Program-made: the position numbers and the translations under genes | Shown here: piece by piece, positions 38,812 to 49,048 of the stretch | Position numbering within the stretch: position 1 is the stretch's first letter | Layout of the letters: the number at the start of each line of letters is the position of its first letter | Origin: Alphaproteobacteria bacterium | Lineage (GTDB): Bacteria > Pseudomonadota > Alphaproteobacteria > JAAXGF01 | Direction of reading: 5' to 3' | Assembly (NCBI GenBank): GCA_963555825.3 | Contig: CAUVXB020000002.1 | Span: forward strand, 2,560,001 to 2,624,000 | DNA: 64,000 bases | The notes under the pieces: generated by a model | Database searches by the model: none | What the model was told of the DNA's origin: nothing | The model's input: only the letters and a program-made list of their open reading frames with translations

Positions 38812-39036
38812 CCGCGCCTATCTCTCCTAGCCGGGGAACGATCGACTCCGAGCCTACTACCGTTACGGGAGACGCTCAATTTGATCTGCACCCCGCTGTA
38901 AAGAAAATGACCATCTCGCGGCAAAACAGAGTCGCTTTCGGAGCCGGCCTTCGCCGGGGATGACGCCGCCGCCGGGACGGCGTAAGCTGCGCTCTACCGG
39001 CGCGTTCGCGCGCCGCAACGCAACGAGAAGGGGTCG

Positions 39037-40575
39037 GTGGTCATGGTTGCGCTCGTCGAATTTCCACGCGAGATGGAGCAGCGGGTCCGCTTCATCGAGG
39101 ACACCACGCCCGACCACATCTGCGAGGCGACGCTCGAGAAACTGCGCAAGGGCGACCGGCCCGAGCAGCTGCTCGCCGCGGCCGGGCTCGCGGTCAGCCG
39201 CTCGTCCGAGCTGCCGACGCACCACCACGGCGGCCCGGTGCACCCGGTCGCCGGGCTGCACGCCTCGATGGCGCTGGTCAACCGGCTCGACGGCGAATGG
39301 CGCTACCTGCCGGTCATCCAGTCGGTCGCGCTCGCCAACAAGCACATCCGCTCGCCCGACATGGGGCCGGCGGCGATGACCGAGGTCGAGCCGGTGGCCG
39401 GCGGCGGCCGCGACAAGGAGGCGCTCCTGGCGGCCTTCGTCGAGGCGCTCAGGAACCGCAAGGCGCGCACCGCCGAATGCCACCTCCTGACGCTGCTGCA
39501 CATCGCAACGCCGGGGCGCATCGTCGAGGCGATGATGCAGATCGCGCTGCCGCGCAACATGCTCGACGACCACTTCTTCCTCTATCCGATCTACGCGCTG
39601 CGCGCGCTCGACGACCTCGGCTGGCAATGGGCGTCGGTCCTGCTGCGCCCGCCGGTGCGCTATCTGGCGAGCCATCCGATGCTCGAGCCGATCGACGGCT
39701 TCGGCGCGGCAACGATCGAAGAGGGCGTCAGGCTCTACCAGGATTTCGACGCCATCGAGCGGCTGATCGACGCGCGCGAGCTCGACGCGCAGCACGTCCG
39801 CATCCACTCGGGCGAGGACGAGACGGCGGCGATCGGCGCCCTGGCCGAGCGCATCGGCGACGTCGACGACATCCGCGACGTCACCGGCATGCTGGCCGAC
39901 GCGCTGGCCGCCAAGCTGTCGCTCGAAGGCGTCGGCGAGGCGCTGTCGATCGGCGGCGGCTACCTGTTCCTGCGCTCGCACTCGGGCAACCCGTTCGACG
40001 TCCACATCCATACCGGCATCAACGCGCGCCGCTACCTCCTGACACTCGACGGCGTCAGCCTGCGCACCAAGCTCTTGGCGCTGTTCACCTGGTGCTACGG
40101 GACCGAGGTCCGCGCGCTCTCGTCCACCCTGACCTGGCCGGTGCGCGCGGCGGCCGATACGCTGGCCCATCCGCCGGGCGATTCGCAGCAGGCGCTGCTC
40201 GATGCGCTGATCAACAACATCGCCGCCCAGCCGGTCGTCGACCTCGAGACGATCACGGTGCCGATCGAAAAACTGGTTGCGCCCGACGAGGTCCACCAGG
40301 CGGCGGCGCTAGCCGAACGTTATGCCGCGCTCGGCCACGACGCCGAGCCGTTCTTCAAGCTGCTCGGCGAGCTGGTCTGCCGCGATGACGCCTCGGAGAT
40401 GCACGCCTACAAGATGCAGCAGGCGGCGATCGAGGAGTACCAGACGACGCGCGAGCCGTACCGCTGGGTCCATCTGGTGTCGGCCGCCAAGCACGCCGCC
40501 TGCATCACCGAGATGCGCCCAAAGACGGTCTATCCGCGCATCCGCCCGCTGCTCATGGACCGAGATGCGCCGTGA
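39037..40575 (+). CDS. Hypothetical His-rich, mainly alpha-helical protein
   Basis: 512-aa ORF with host-like codon usage; stop overlaps the next start (GTGA); motifs HHHGGPVHP, DDHFF, DVHIHTG, EMHAYK. Confidence 0.75.
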   Translation: MVMVALVEFPREMEQRVRFIEDTTPDHICEATLEKLRKGDRPEQLLAAAGLAVSRSSELPTHHHGGPVHPVAGLHASMALVNRLDGEWRYLPVIQSVALANKHIRSPDMGPAAMTEVEPVAGGGRDKEALLAAFVEALRNRKARTAECHLLTLLHIATPGRIVEAMMQIALPRNMLDDHFFLYPIYALRALDDLGWQWASVLLRPPVRYLASHPMLEPIDGFGAATIEEGVRLYQDFDAIERLIDARELDAQHVRIHSGEDETAAIGALAERIGDVDDIRDVTGMLADALAAKLSLEGVGEALSIGGGYLFLRSHSGNPFDVHIHTGINARRYLLTLDGVSLRTKLLALFTWCYGTEVRALSSTLTWPVRAAADTLAHPPGDSQQALLDALINNIAAQPVVDLETITVPIEKLVAPDEVHQAAALAERYAALGHDAEPFFKLLGELVCRDDASEMHAYKMQQAAIEEYQTTREPYRWVHLVSAAKHAACITEMRPKTVYPRIRPLLMDRDAP

Positions 40576-41648
40576 CGGCGATGGGCGCGCATGAGCGCGA
40601 CATTCGTGGCCGCTACGACGCCGATCCGGCGCGCTCGTTCACCCTGCCGTCGTGGCTCTACACCGACGCCGCCGTCTTCGAGGCCGAGAAGGCGGCGATC
40701 TTCGGGCGCGCCTGGCAGTGTGTGGCGCATACCGAAGAGCTGCGCGCGCCGGGGGCCGTCTGCGTCAGCGGCATCCTCGATCACGAGATCGTCGTCGCGC
40801 GCGGCCAGGGCGGCGGCTTGCGCGCCTTTGACAACCTGTGCCCGGCCGGGCCGCACCGGATGGTCGACGGGCCGGGCGATGCGCTGGCCTGCACGCGCCA
40901 CGGCCTCGCGTTCGACGACGCCGGCCGCGCCGGCGATCGGGCGCTCGAGGAATTGCGGCTCGAGGTTTTCGCAAACATGGTGTTCGTCAATCTGGATGCG
41001 GCGGCCGCGCCGCTCGCCGATCGGGCCGGCGACCTCGCCGCCGAGATCGCCGGCGCCGCGCCCGACCTCGACCGGCTGACCCACGCCCACCGGCTGAGCT
41101 ATGACGTCGCCGCCAACTGGAAGACGGTCATCGACAACTTCTTGGAATGCTACCACTGCCCGGTGGCGCACCGCGCGTTCGTCGGCCTGATCGACATGGC
41201 GAGTTACAACGTCGTGCCGCACGGCATCTGGTCGAGCCACCACGCGGTCGCCGGCCTCGGCGCCAACGACGCCTTCGACGTCAGCGCCGCCGAAGTCACG
41301 GTGCACGCGGTCTGGTGGCTGTGGCCCAACACCGCGCTGCTGCGCTATCCGGGCTCGCCAAACATGATGGTCTGGCGCTTCATTCCGACCGGACCCGAGA
41401 CGACCCACGAGATCTTCGACTTCTATTTCCTCGCGCCCGAGCCCGACGCCGCGCAGCGCGAGGCGATCGCCTATATCGACGAGGTGCTGCAACCCGAGGA
41501 CATCGGAATCGTCGAGGCGGTGCAGCGCGGCCTGCATTCGCGCGGCTACAGCGAGGGCCGCTTCATCACCGACGGCACCACTTCGGGCCTCGGCGAGCAC
41601 GGCGTCCACCATTTCCACGGCCTGGTGCTCGACGCCCTCGAGGGCTGA
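40572..41648 (+). CDS. Rieske non-heme iron oxygenase alpha subunit (CntA/choline monooxygenase-like) with atypical Rieske motif
   Basis: TLPSWLYTD..VFEAEK..IF, ANWKTVIDNFLECYHCPVAH, QPEDIGIVEAVQRGLHSRGY, EHGVHHFH. Confidence 0.85.
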   Translation: MTAMGAHERDIRGRYDADPARSFTLPSWLYTDAAVFEAEKAAIFGRAWQCVAHTEELRAPGAVCVSGILDHEIVVARGQGGGLRAFDNLCPAGPHRMVDGPGDALACTRHGLAFDDAGRAGDRALEELRLEVFANMVFVNLDAAAAPLADRAGDLAAEIAGAAPDLDRLTHAHRLSYDVAANWKTVIDNFLECYHCPVAHRAFVGLIDMASYNVVPHGIWSSHHAVAGLGANDAFDVSAAEVTVHAVWWLWPNTALLRYPGSPNMMVWRFIPTGPETTHEIFDFYFLAPEPDAAQREAIAYIDEVLQPEDIGIVEAVQRGLHSRGYSEGRFITDGTTSGLGEHGVHHFHGLVLDALEG

Positions 41649-41678
41649 GCGCAAGACGCGACGCGAAGGAGTCCGGTC

Positions 41679-42071
41679 ATGACCGCGTTCGACACCCGCA
41701 CGATCTCCGCCGAACCCGACGCCACCGCGCCCGATGGCGCCGATGTCCGCTTGCTGCTGCGCCTCGCCGGCGGCTCGATGGCGCATTTCGAGCTGGCGCC
41801 GGGCGAGACGACGCACGCGGTCGCGCACCGCAAGGTCGATGATATCTGGTACGTGCTCGGCGGCGCGGGCGAGATGTGGCGCAAGAAGGGCGATGTCGAG
41901 GCCTGCGTCGCACTCGGACCGGGCGTCTCGCTGACCATCCCCCACGGCACGCATTTCCAGTTCCGCGCGACCGGCGACGCGCCACTCGCCGCGGTCGCCG
42001 TCACCATGCCGCCCTGGCCGGGCGAGGCCGAGGCCTACCCGGTGCGCGGCAAATGGCCGCCGACCCGCTAG
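41679..42071 (+). CDS. Cupin domain protein
   Basis: APDGADVR, AVAHRKVDDIWYVLGGAGEMWR, IPHGTHFQFR, TMPPWPG. Confidence 0.85.
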   Translation: MTAFDTRTISAEPDATAPDGADVRLLLRLAGGSMAHFELAPGETTHAVAHRKVDDIWYVLGGAGEMWRKKGDVEACVALGPGVSLTIPHGTHFQFRATGDAPLAAVAVTMPPWPGEAEAYPVRGKWPPTR

Positions 42072-42192
42072 AGTTTTGTACGGTCACCTATACTGTGTAA
42101 AGGTGACCTGCGCTCAATCGCCGCGCATGCCAATCTTTATCCCATAAGGCCAATCTTTATCCCACAAAGACTGGCCGAACGGTCGGCGGCCC
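42068..42192. repeat. Palindromic intergenic element, copy 2 (with an internal 20-nt duplication)
   Basis: gtaaaggtgacctgcgctcaatcgccgcgcatgccaatctttatccca...actggccgaacggtcggcggccc shared with 32138-32213. Confidence 0.75.
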
Positions 42193-42267
42193 CCTCTTGT
42201 CCCATTAAGACTGGCGCGGGCTGATTGATAAACCTAAGCAGTATATATTTTACCGTGCGTCGCGGCG

Positions 42268-42759
42268 TCACTCGATCGGGAACGCGCGCAGCGCCTTCAG
42301 AAGCGTCTCGGCCGGCGCGTCGATCGTCTTCGGCGAAATGCGCAGCACCGGCATGCGGACCAGCGGGTTGCGCCACAACCGGGCGCGTTGATCTTCGGGC
42401 AGGCGTTGGGCAAAGCCCTTGGGGTCCTTGAGCTCGATGCAGATCATCGACTTGAGGCGCGAACCGCCGATATAGACATCCGCGATCTCGTGCCACGGCA
42501 CGGTGTCCATACGCCAGTCGCGAAACCAGACGCCTTCGGCGTCGACCGTGAGCCGCGTCTCCTTGGTCATCGACTGGCGCATGCTCATATAGAAGAAGGT
42601 CGCGCCGACGACGATCATCATGACGCCGACCAGCGGCGCGTCCTCGACCGCCAGGTCGGGTATCAGCAGCATCGAGAGGCCGAGCATGGTCACGCCGGCG
42701 CCGATCACCTTGCCGTGGAGCGTCGCCGTCTGGAAGGTGTAGGATCGGGGTTCGGTCAT
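42268..42759 (-). CDS. Hypothetical membrane protein (two TM helices plus PH-like domain)
   Basis: Two hydrophobic helices, then LTVDAEGV...VPWHEIADV. Confidence 0.65.
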   Translation of the reverse strand: MTEPRSYTFQTATLHGKVIGAGVTMLGLSMLLIPDLAVEDAPLVGVMMIVVGATFFYMSMRQSMTKETRLTVDAEGVWFRDWRMDTVPWHEIADVYIGGSRLKSMICIELKDPKGFAQRLPEDQRARLWRNPLVRMPVLRISPKTIDAPAETLLKALRAFPIE

Positions 42760-42839
42760 CGTGCGGTCCGGTGCCTGACTGGTTGCGGGCGGCCGATTAT
42801 ACCGGGTCACGGCGACCCATGAAATGCGAGACAGATGAC

Positions 42840-43661
42840 ATGACCAAACACGACAACCCCATCCGCCCCTCGAAGGCCTACCAGAACGACGGCTTTCTCA
42901 ACAGCCGCGAAGGGCGCCCGCTGCGTATCCTGGCCGAATACGCCGAGCCAAAATCGCGCTTCGACCACCATCAGATCCAGGACACCATCGTGTTCTTCGG
43001 CTCGGCCCGGCTCGCCTCGCGCGAGGTGGCGGAAGCCGGGCTCGCCGCCGCCAGGGCGGCGGGCGGCGACGTCGCGTGCGCCGAGACGCGGCTGGCGATG
43101 TCGCGCTACTACGAGGACACCCGCACGCTGGCGGCGCGCCTGACCGCGTGGTCCAAGGCGCTGCCCAGTACGGAACGCCGCTTCGTGACCTGCACCGGCG
43201 GCGGGCCCGGCATCATGGAGGCGGCGGCGCGCGGCGCGTCGGAGGTGCACGGGCTCAACGTCGGGCTTTCCATTTCGCTGCCAGCCGAGGAGTTCACCAG
43301 CCCCTACGTCACGCGCGAGCTCGGCTTCAAGTTCCACTATTTCTTCATGCGCAAGTTCTGGTTCACCTATTTGGCCAAGGCGGTGGTCGCCATGCCGGGC
43401 GGCTTCGGCACGCTCGACGAGCTGTTCGAGCTGCTCACCCTGATCCAGACGCTCAAGATCAAGAAACGCCTGCCGATCGTGCTGTTCGGCAGCGACTTCT
43501 GGGACAAGGTCGTCGACTTCGACGCGCTGGTCGATTTCGGCACCATCGACGTCGCCGATCTCGACCTCTTCCTGCGCACCGATTCGGTCGACGAGGCCTT
43601 CGACTTCATCACCGCCGAGCTGGAAGAACACGCGATTGCCAGCCCGGGCGCGACGCTATAG
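42840..43661 (+). CDS. LOG family Rossmann-fold protein (TIGR00730-like)
   Basis: VFFGSAR, TGGGPGIMEA, FHYFFMRKFWF, PGGFGTLDELFE. Confidence 0.92.
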   Translation: MTKHDNPIRPSKAYQNDGFLNSREGRPLRILAEYAEPKSRFDHHQIQDTIVFFGSARLASREVAEAGLAAARAAGGDVACAETRLAMSRYYEDTRTLAARLTAWSKALPSTERRFVTCTGGGPGIMEAAARGASEVHGLNVGLSISLPAEEFTSPYVTRELGFKFHYFFMRKFWFTYLAKAVVAMPGGFGTLDELFELLTLIQTLKIKKRLPIVLFGSDFWDKVVDFDALVDFGTIDVADLDLFLRTDSVDEAFDFITAELEEHAIASPGATL

Positions 43662-43693
43662 GCGGGAGATCCGGCCATGAGGAGAATTTGAGA

Positions 43694-44679
43694 ATGAAAG
43701 CAGCATGGTATGCCGACTTCGGACCGGCGGCCGAGGTCATCGAAACGGGCGATGTCGAGACGCCCGCCCCGGGGCCGGGCGAAGTGCGGGTGCGCGTCGC
43801 CGCCTCGGGCGTCAACCCGGTCGACGTCAAGCGCCGCAAGGGCGGCCGCGGCGCCATGGAAGCGCCGCGCGTGATCCCGCATTTCGACGGCGCCGGCGTC
43901 ATCGACGCGGTCGGGGAGGGCGTGCCCGAGACGCGCATCGGCGAACGCGTCTGGCTCTACGAGGCGCAATGGCGGAGCGCCACCGGCAGCGCCGCCGAAT
44001 TCGCCGTGGTCGCGGCCGACCGCGCGGTCGCGCTGGCCGGGCACACGAGCTTCGCCGAGGGCGCCGCGCTCGGCATTCCGGCGATGACGGCGCACCGCTG
44101 CGTCTACGCCGACGGCCCGGTCGAGGGCCAGACCGTGCTGGTCACCGGCGGCGCCGGCGTGGTCGGCCGCTACGCCGTGCAGATGGCCAAGCTGGGCGGC
44201 GCCCGCGTCGTCGCGACCGTGAGCAGCGCCGAGAAGGCCGCCCAAGCCACGGCGGCGGGCGCCGATCACGTCGTCGACTACAAGACCGAGGACGTCGCCG
44301 CGCGGCTTGGCGAGATCACCGGCGGCGCCGGCGTCCAGCGCATCGTCGAGGTCGAGTTCGGCGGCAACCTGGCGACCAGCCTCGACGTGCTGGCGTCGAA
44401 CGGCGTCATCGCGGCCTATGCGTCCGACGCCGTCCTTGAGCCGGCGGTGCCGTTCTACCGGCTCGCCTACGCCAACATCGCGGTGCGCCACGTGCTCGTC
44501 TTCGGCATGCCCGAGGCGGCCAAGCAACGCGCGGTCGCCGACATCACGCGCTGGCTCGAGGCTGGCGACCTCGGCCACCACATTGGCCAGCGCTTCACGC
44601 TCGCCGAGACCGCGGCGGCGCACCGCGCGGTCGAGGCCGGCGCCTTCGGCAAGGTCGTCGTCGAGATCGGCGACGCGCC

Positions 44680-44683
<4 letters not shown>
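43694..44683 (+). CDS. NADPH:quinone reductase (MDR family)
   Basis: SGVNPVD, IPHFDGAG, GIPAMTAH, TGGAGVVG, GKVVV; start ATG 43694. Confidence 0.9.
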
Positions 44684-45780
<1,097 letters not shown>

Positions 45781-45797
45781 AAACAAGCGGACCGATC

Positions 45798-46772
45798 ATG
45801 ACCGACGCAACAATCGTCTATCCCGACGCCAACGAGAATATCGGCGCGCTGATCGTCGCGGAACGGCGCGCGCGGCTCGACGCGATCGGCGGCATCGAGG
45901 TCCATACCGGCCGGCCGGCCGACGTCGCCGACTTCGTCGCGCGCATCGGCGACGCCCGCGCCGTCATCCTCGGTTGGGACATTCCGGCCCAGGCGATGCG
46001 CGAAGCGCCCAATATCGAGGTCATCTCGTTCCTCGGCATCGGCGCCGCGAAGTTCGTCGATTTCGGCGCGGCCGCGCGGCTCGGCATCACGGTCGCCAAC
46101 ACGCCGGCCTATTCGGTCAACGCCGTGGCCGAACACGCGCTCGCGCTGATCTTCGCCACCGCGCGCCAAGTCGTGCGCAACGACCGCACGACACGGAGCG
46201 GCGAATGGGACCAGTCGCTGCCCGGCTTCGAGCTCGCCGGCAAGACGCTTGGGCTTATCGGGGTGGGCGGCATCGGCACGCGGCTCGCCCAGATGGCGGC
46301 GGCCATCGGCATGCGGGTGATCGCCTGGACGCGCAACCCGAGCCCCGCGCGGGCGGCCGAGGCCGGCGTCGTGTTCGCGCCGCTCGATACCGTGCTCGCC
46401 GAGAGTGACGTCATTTCGCTTCACCTCATGGCGACGCCCGAGACCGAGGGTCTGATCGGCGCCGCCGAGCTCGATAGGACCAAGTCCGGCGTCGTCGTCA
46501 TCAACACCGGGCGCGCCGAGCTGATGGACGAGGCGGCGCTGGTCGAGCGCCTCGCCTCGGGCCGCATCGCCGCCGCCGGGCTCGACGTCTTCGCTACCGA
46601 GCCGCTGCCCGCCGACGACCCGCTGACCCGTCTCGACAACGTCGTGCTGGCGCCGCACATCGGCTTCAACACGCCCGAGGCGGTCGGCGCCATGCTCGAC
46701 ATCGCGATCGACAACCTGGTGGCCTATTACGGCGGCGCGCCGATCAACGTCGTCGCCGGACCGGGGCGTTAA
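45798..46772 (+). CDS. D-isomer-specific 2-hydroxyacid dehydrogenase
   Basis: VAEHA, GLIGVGGIG, INTGR, GLDVFATEP, APHIG. Confidence 0.9.
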   Translation: MTDATIVYPDANENIGALIVAERRARLDAIGGIEVHTGRPADVADFVARIGDARAVILGWDIPAQAMREAPNIEVISFLGIGAAKFVDFGAAARLGITVANTPAYSVNAVAEHALALIFATARQVVRNDRTTRSGEWDQSLPGFELAGKTLGLIGVGGIGTRLAQMAAAIGMRVIAWTRNPSPARAAEAGVVFAPLDTVLAESDVISLHLMATPETEGLIGAAELDRTKSGVVVINTGRAELMDEAALVERLASGRIAAAGLDVFATEPLPADDPLTRLDNVVLAPHIGFNTPEAVGAMLDIAIDNLVAYYGGAPINVVAGPGR

Positions 46773-47042
46773 CCCGGCTTTCTCACCAAGGATAGGTGCG
46801 GCACGGCGGATATCGGGCGACAGGCTAGGAAAAGCGCGTGGGCCACGATGCTTGCGCATCGGGCAAACGCTTTGACGCGGCCTGTCGTCCGAGATCCACC
46901 GCCCTTAAGGGTCGCGCCGGGCGGGCCGCCCGCGGCGTCGAAGGCCTTGCGCGTAGCCCAGGCTACGCTCCGCGGCCTTCTCCTGGCGGCTCGGCTCCGC
47001 CCGACGCGATGACGCACCTGTCCTTGGTGAGAAATCCGGGTT
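46771..47042. mobile_element. MITE-like non-coding element with 30-bp terminal inverted repeats
   Basis: aacccggctttctcaccaaggataggtgcg versus cgcacctgtccttggtgagaaatccgggtt (28/30 match); no transposase; sits between convergent stop codons. Confidence 0.78.
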
Positions 47043-47044
47043 GA

Positions 47045-47917
47045 TCAGGCGCGGAGCCGCGCGGCCAGCGCGGCGCGGAGCTCCGACGGCATGTTGAGCA
47101 CGGTGACGCCGGCGGTCTCGAGCGCCGCGCGCTTCGAGGTGTAGCTGCCGCGCTCGCCCATGACGATGGCGCCGGCGTGGCCCATGCGCTTGCCGGGCGG
47201 CGCGGCGCGCCCGGCGATGAAGGCGACGACCGGCTTGGTCATCGCCGCCGCGGCCTCGGCCGCTTCCTCCTCCATGGCGCCGCCGATCTCGCCGACCAGC
47301 GCGACCGCATCGGTGCCCGGGTCGGCCTCGAGGCGGAGAAGCGCGTCGCGCGACGTGGTGCCCAGGATCGGATCGCCGCCGACGCCGATGAAGACCGACT
47401 GGCCGTAGCCGGCGCGCACGATGTTGAGGCAGGCGAGCGCGCCCAGGCTGCCCGAGCGCGACACCACGCCGATCCGTCCGGCCCGGAAGAGGTTGCCGTT
47501 GAACGCCGGCATGATGCCGACGAAGCATTCGCCGGGCGTGACGATGCCGGCGGTGTTGGGGCCGACCACGCAGCAGTCGTTGGCGCGCGCGGCGGCGATG
47601 ATCGCCATGACGTCGCGCACCGGGATGAACTCGGTGAGGACGACCAGCGTCTTGGCGCCCGCCTCGATGGCGTCGAGCGCCGCGGCCCTGGCGGCGAGCG
47701 GCGGGATGAACATGACGGAGGCGTCGAAGCCGCCGGCGTCCATCGCCGCGCGCGCGCTTTCGAACACCGGCACGCCGCAATGCTCGGTACCGGCTTTCTT
47801 CGGGTTGACGCCGCCGACGACGCTGGTGCCGTAGGCCTGCATGCGCTCGGTCCAGAACGTGCCCTGCCGCCCTGTGATGCCCTGGACGAGCACGCGGTCT
47901 TGGGCGCGAACGATCAT
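47045..47917 (-). CDS. ADP-forming acyl-CoA ligase alpha subunit (SucD-like paralog)
   Basis: [36 protein letters not shown] phospho-His motif. Confidence 0.88.
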   Translation of the reverse strand: MIVRAQDRVLVQGITGRQGTFWTERMQAYGTSVVGGVNPKKAGTEHCGVPVFESARAAMDAGGFDASVMFIPPLAARAAALDAIEAGAKTLVVLTEFIPVRDVMAIIAAARANDCCVVGPNTAGIVTPGECFVGIMPAFNGNLFRAGRIGVVSRSGSLGALACLNIVRAGYGQSVFIGVGGDPILGTTSRDALLRLEADPGTDAVALVGEIGGAMEEEAAEAAAAMTKPVVAFIAGRAAPPGKRMGHAGAIVMGERGSYTSKRAALETAGVTVLNMPSELRAALAARLRA

Positions 47918-49038
47918 GACGCCGCCGCAATGGCGGCCACAACCGCATCGTCCATCACGTCGAAGGGTTCGAGGCCGAGACCGGCGCGCACCATGGCGAC
48001 CGCCTCGTCCTCGCCGGTGCCGTGGATCGAGAAGAAGATCGGGATGTCGGGCGCCAACCCCTGCCAGGCCTCGATGACGCCTTGCGTCATCACGTCGCAG
48101 CGCGCGAAGGCGCCGCAGAAGTTGACCACCAGGCTCTTGACGCTCGGGTTGGCGAGCACCAGCTCGAGGGCGGGCCGCGCCTTGGTGTAGGCGTCGCCGC
48201 CGATCTCGAGGAAGTTGGCCGGCCGGCCGCCATAGAAGGCGACCGCGTCGATCGTCGTCATGGTCAGCCCGGCGCCGTTGGCGAGCACGCCGACGTCGCC
48301 GCCGAGTGCGATGTAGCGCAGGCCGTGCGCCGCGCCGCGCGCCTCCAGTTCGGTCTCGGGTTCGGCGACGCCCTCGGCCGCGAGATCGGCCTGGCGCGGC
48401 ACGGCCGAGTCGTCGAGCACGAACTTGCAGTCCAACGCGATCACCGCGCCGCCGGCCGTGACCGCCAGCGGGTTGATCTCGACCAGCTCGGCGTCGCGCA
48501 GGTCGTAGAGGCCGTAGAGCCTGACCAGCACATCGGCGACCGTCTCGGCCGCCGCGTCGAGGCCGAGGCCGTCGGTGAGCGCCGCCGCGTCGGCCGCGTC
48601 GAAACCGCGCGTGATGTCGACGGCGTGGCTGCGGATCGCTTGGCGGTTCCGCGCCGCGACCGCCTCTATGTCGATACCGCCTTGCGTCGAGACCATGACC
48701 AGCGGGCCGCGGCTGGCCGGGTCGTTGAGCACCGCGGCGTAAAGCTCGCGCGCAATCGCCGCCCGCCGCTCGACGAGCACGGCCGCGACCCGATGGTCGC
48801 CGATCGTCATGCCCAGGATGCTGCGCGCCGCCGCCTCGGCCGCGGGCGCATCGTCGGCCGGCTTGACGCCGCCCGCCTTGCCGCGCTTGCCAGCCGGCAC
48901 CTGCGCCTTGACGACGACCGGACCGATGCGCGCGGCGATCGCGCCGGCTTCGGTGGGCGTGGTCGCCAGCGCGCCCTCGGGCACCGCGATGCCGGCCTCG
49001 GCGAGCAGGCGCTTGCCGGTATGCTCGGTGAAGTTCAC
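47914..49038 (-). CDS. ADP-forming acyl-CoA ligase beta subunit (SucC-like paralog)
   Basis: KAQVPAGKRGKAGGV, EINPL, LDCK, ANGAGLTMTT, PANFLEIGG; GTG start at 49038. Confidence 0.88.
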   Translation of the reverse strand: MNFTEHTGKRLLAEAGIAVPEGALATTPTEAGAIAARIGPVVVKAQVPAGKRGKAGGVKPADDAPAAEAAARSILGMTIGDHRVAAVLVERRAAIARELYAAVLNDPASRGPLVMVSTQGGIDIEAVAARNRQAIRSHAVDITRGFDAADAAALTDGLGLDAAAETVADVLVRLYGLYDLRDAELVEINPLAVTAGGAVIALDCKFVLDDSAVPRQADLAAEGVAEPETELEARGAAHGLRYIALGGDVGVLANGAGLTMTTIDAVAFYGGRPANFLEIGGDAYTKARPALELVLANPSVKSLVVNFCGAFARCDVMTQGVIEAWQGLAPDIPIFFSIHGTGEDEAVAMVRAGLGLEPFDVMDDAVVAAIAAAS

Positions 49039-49048
49039 GGCCGCGCCG

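Noticed and set aside
47045-49038. Housekeeping sucCD
   Set aside because: Divergent motifs and no mdh/sucAB context; linked instead to a SauS-like gene
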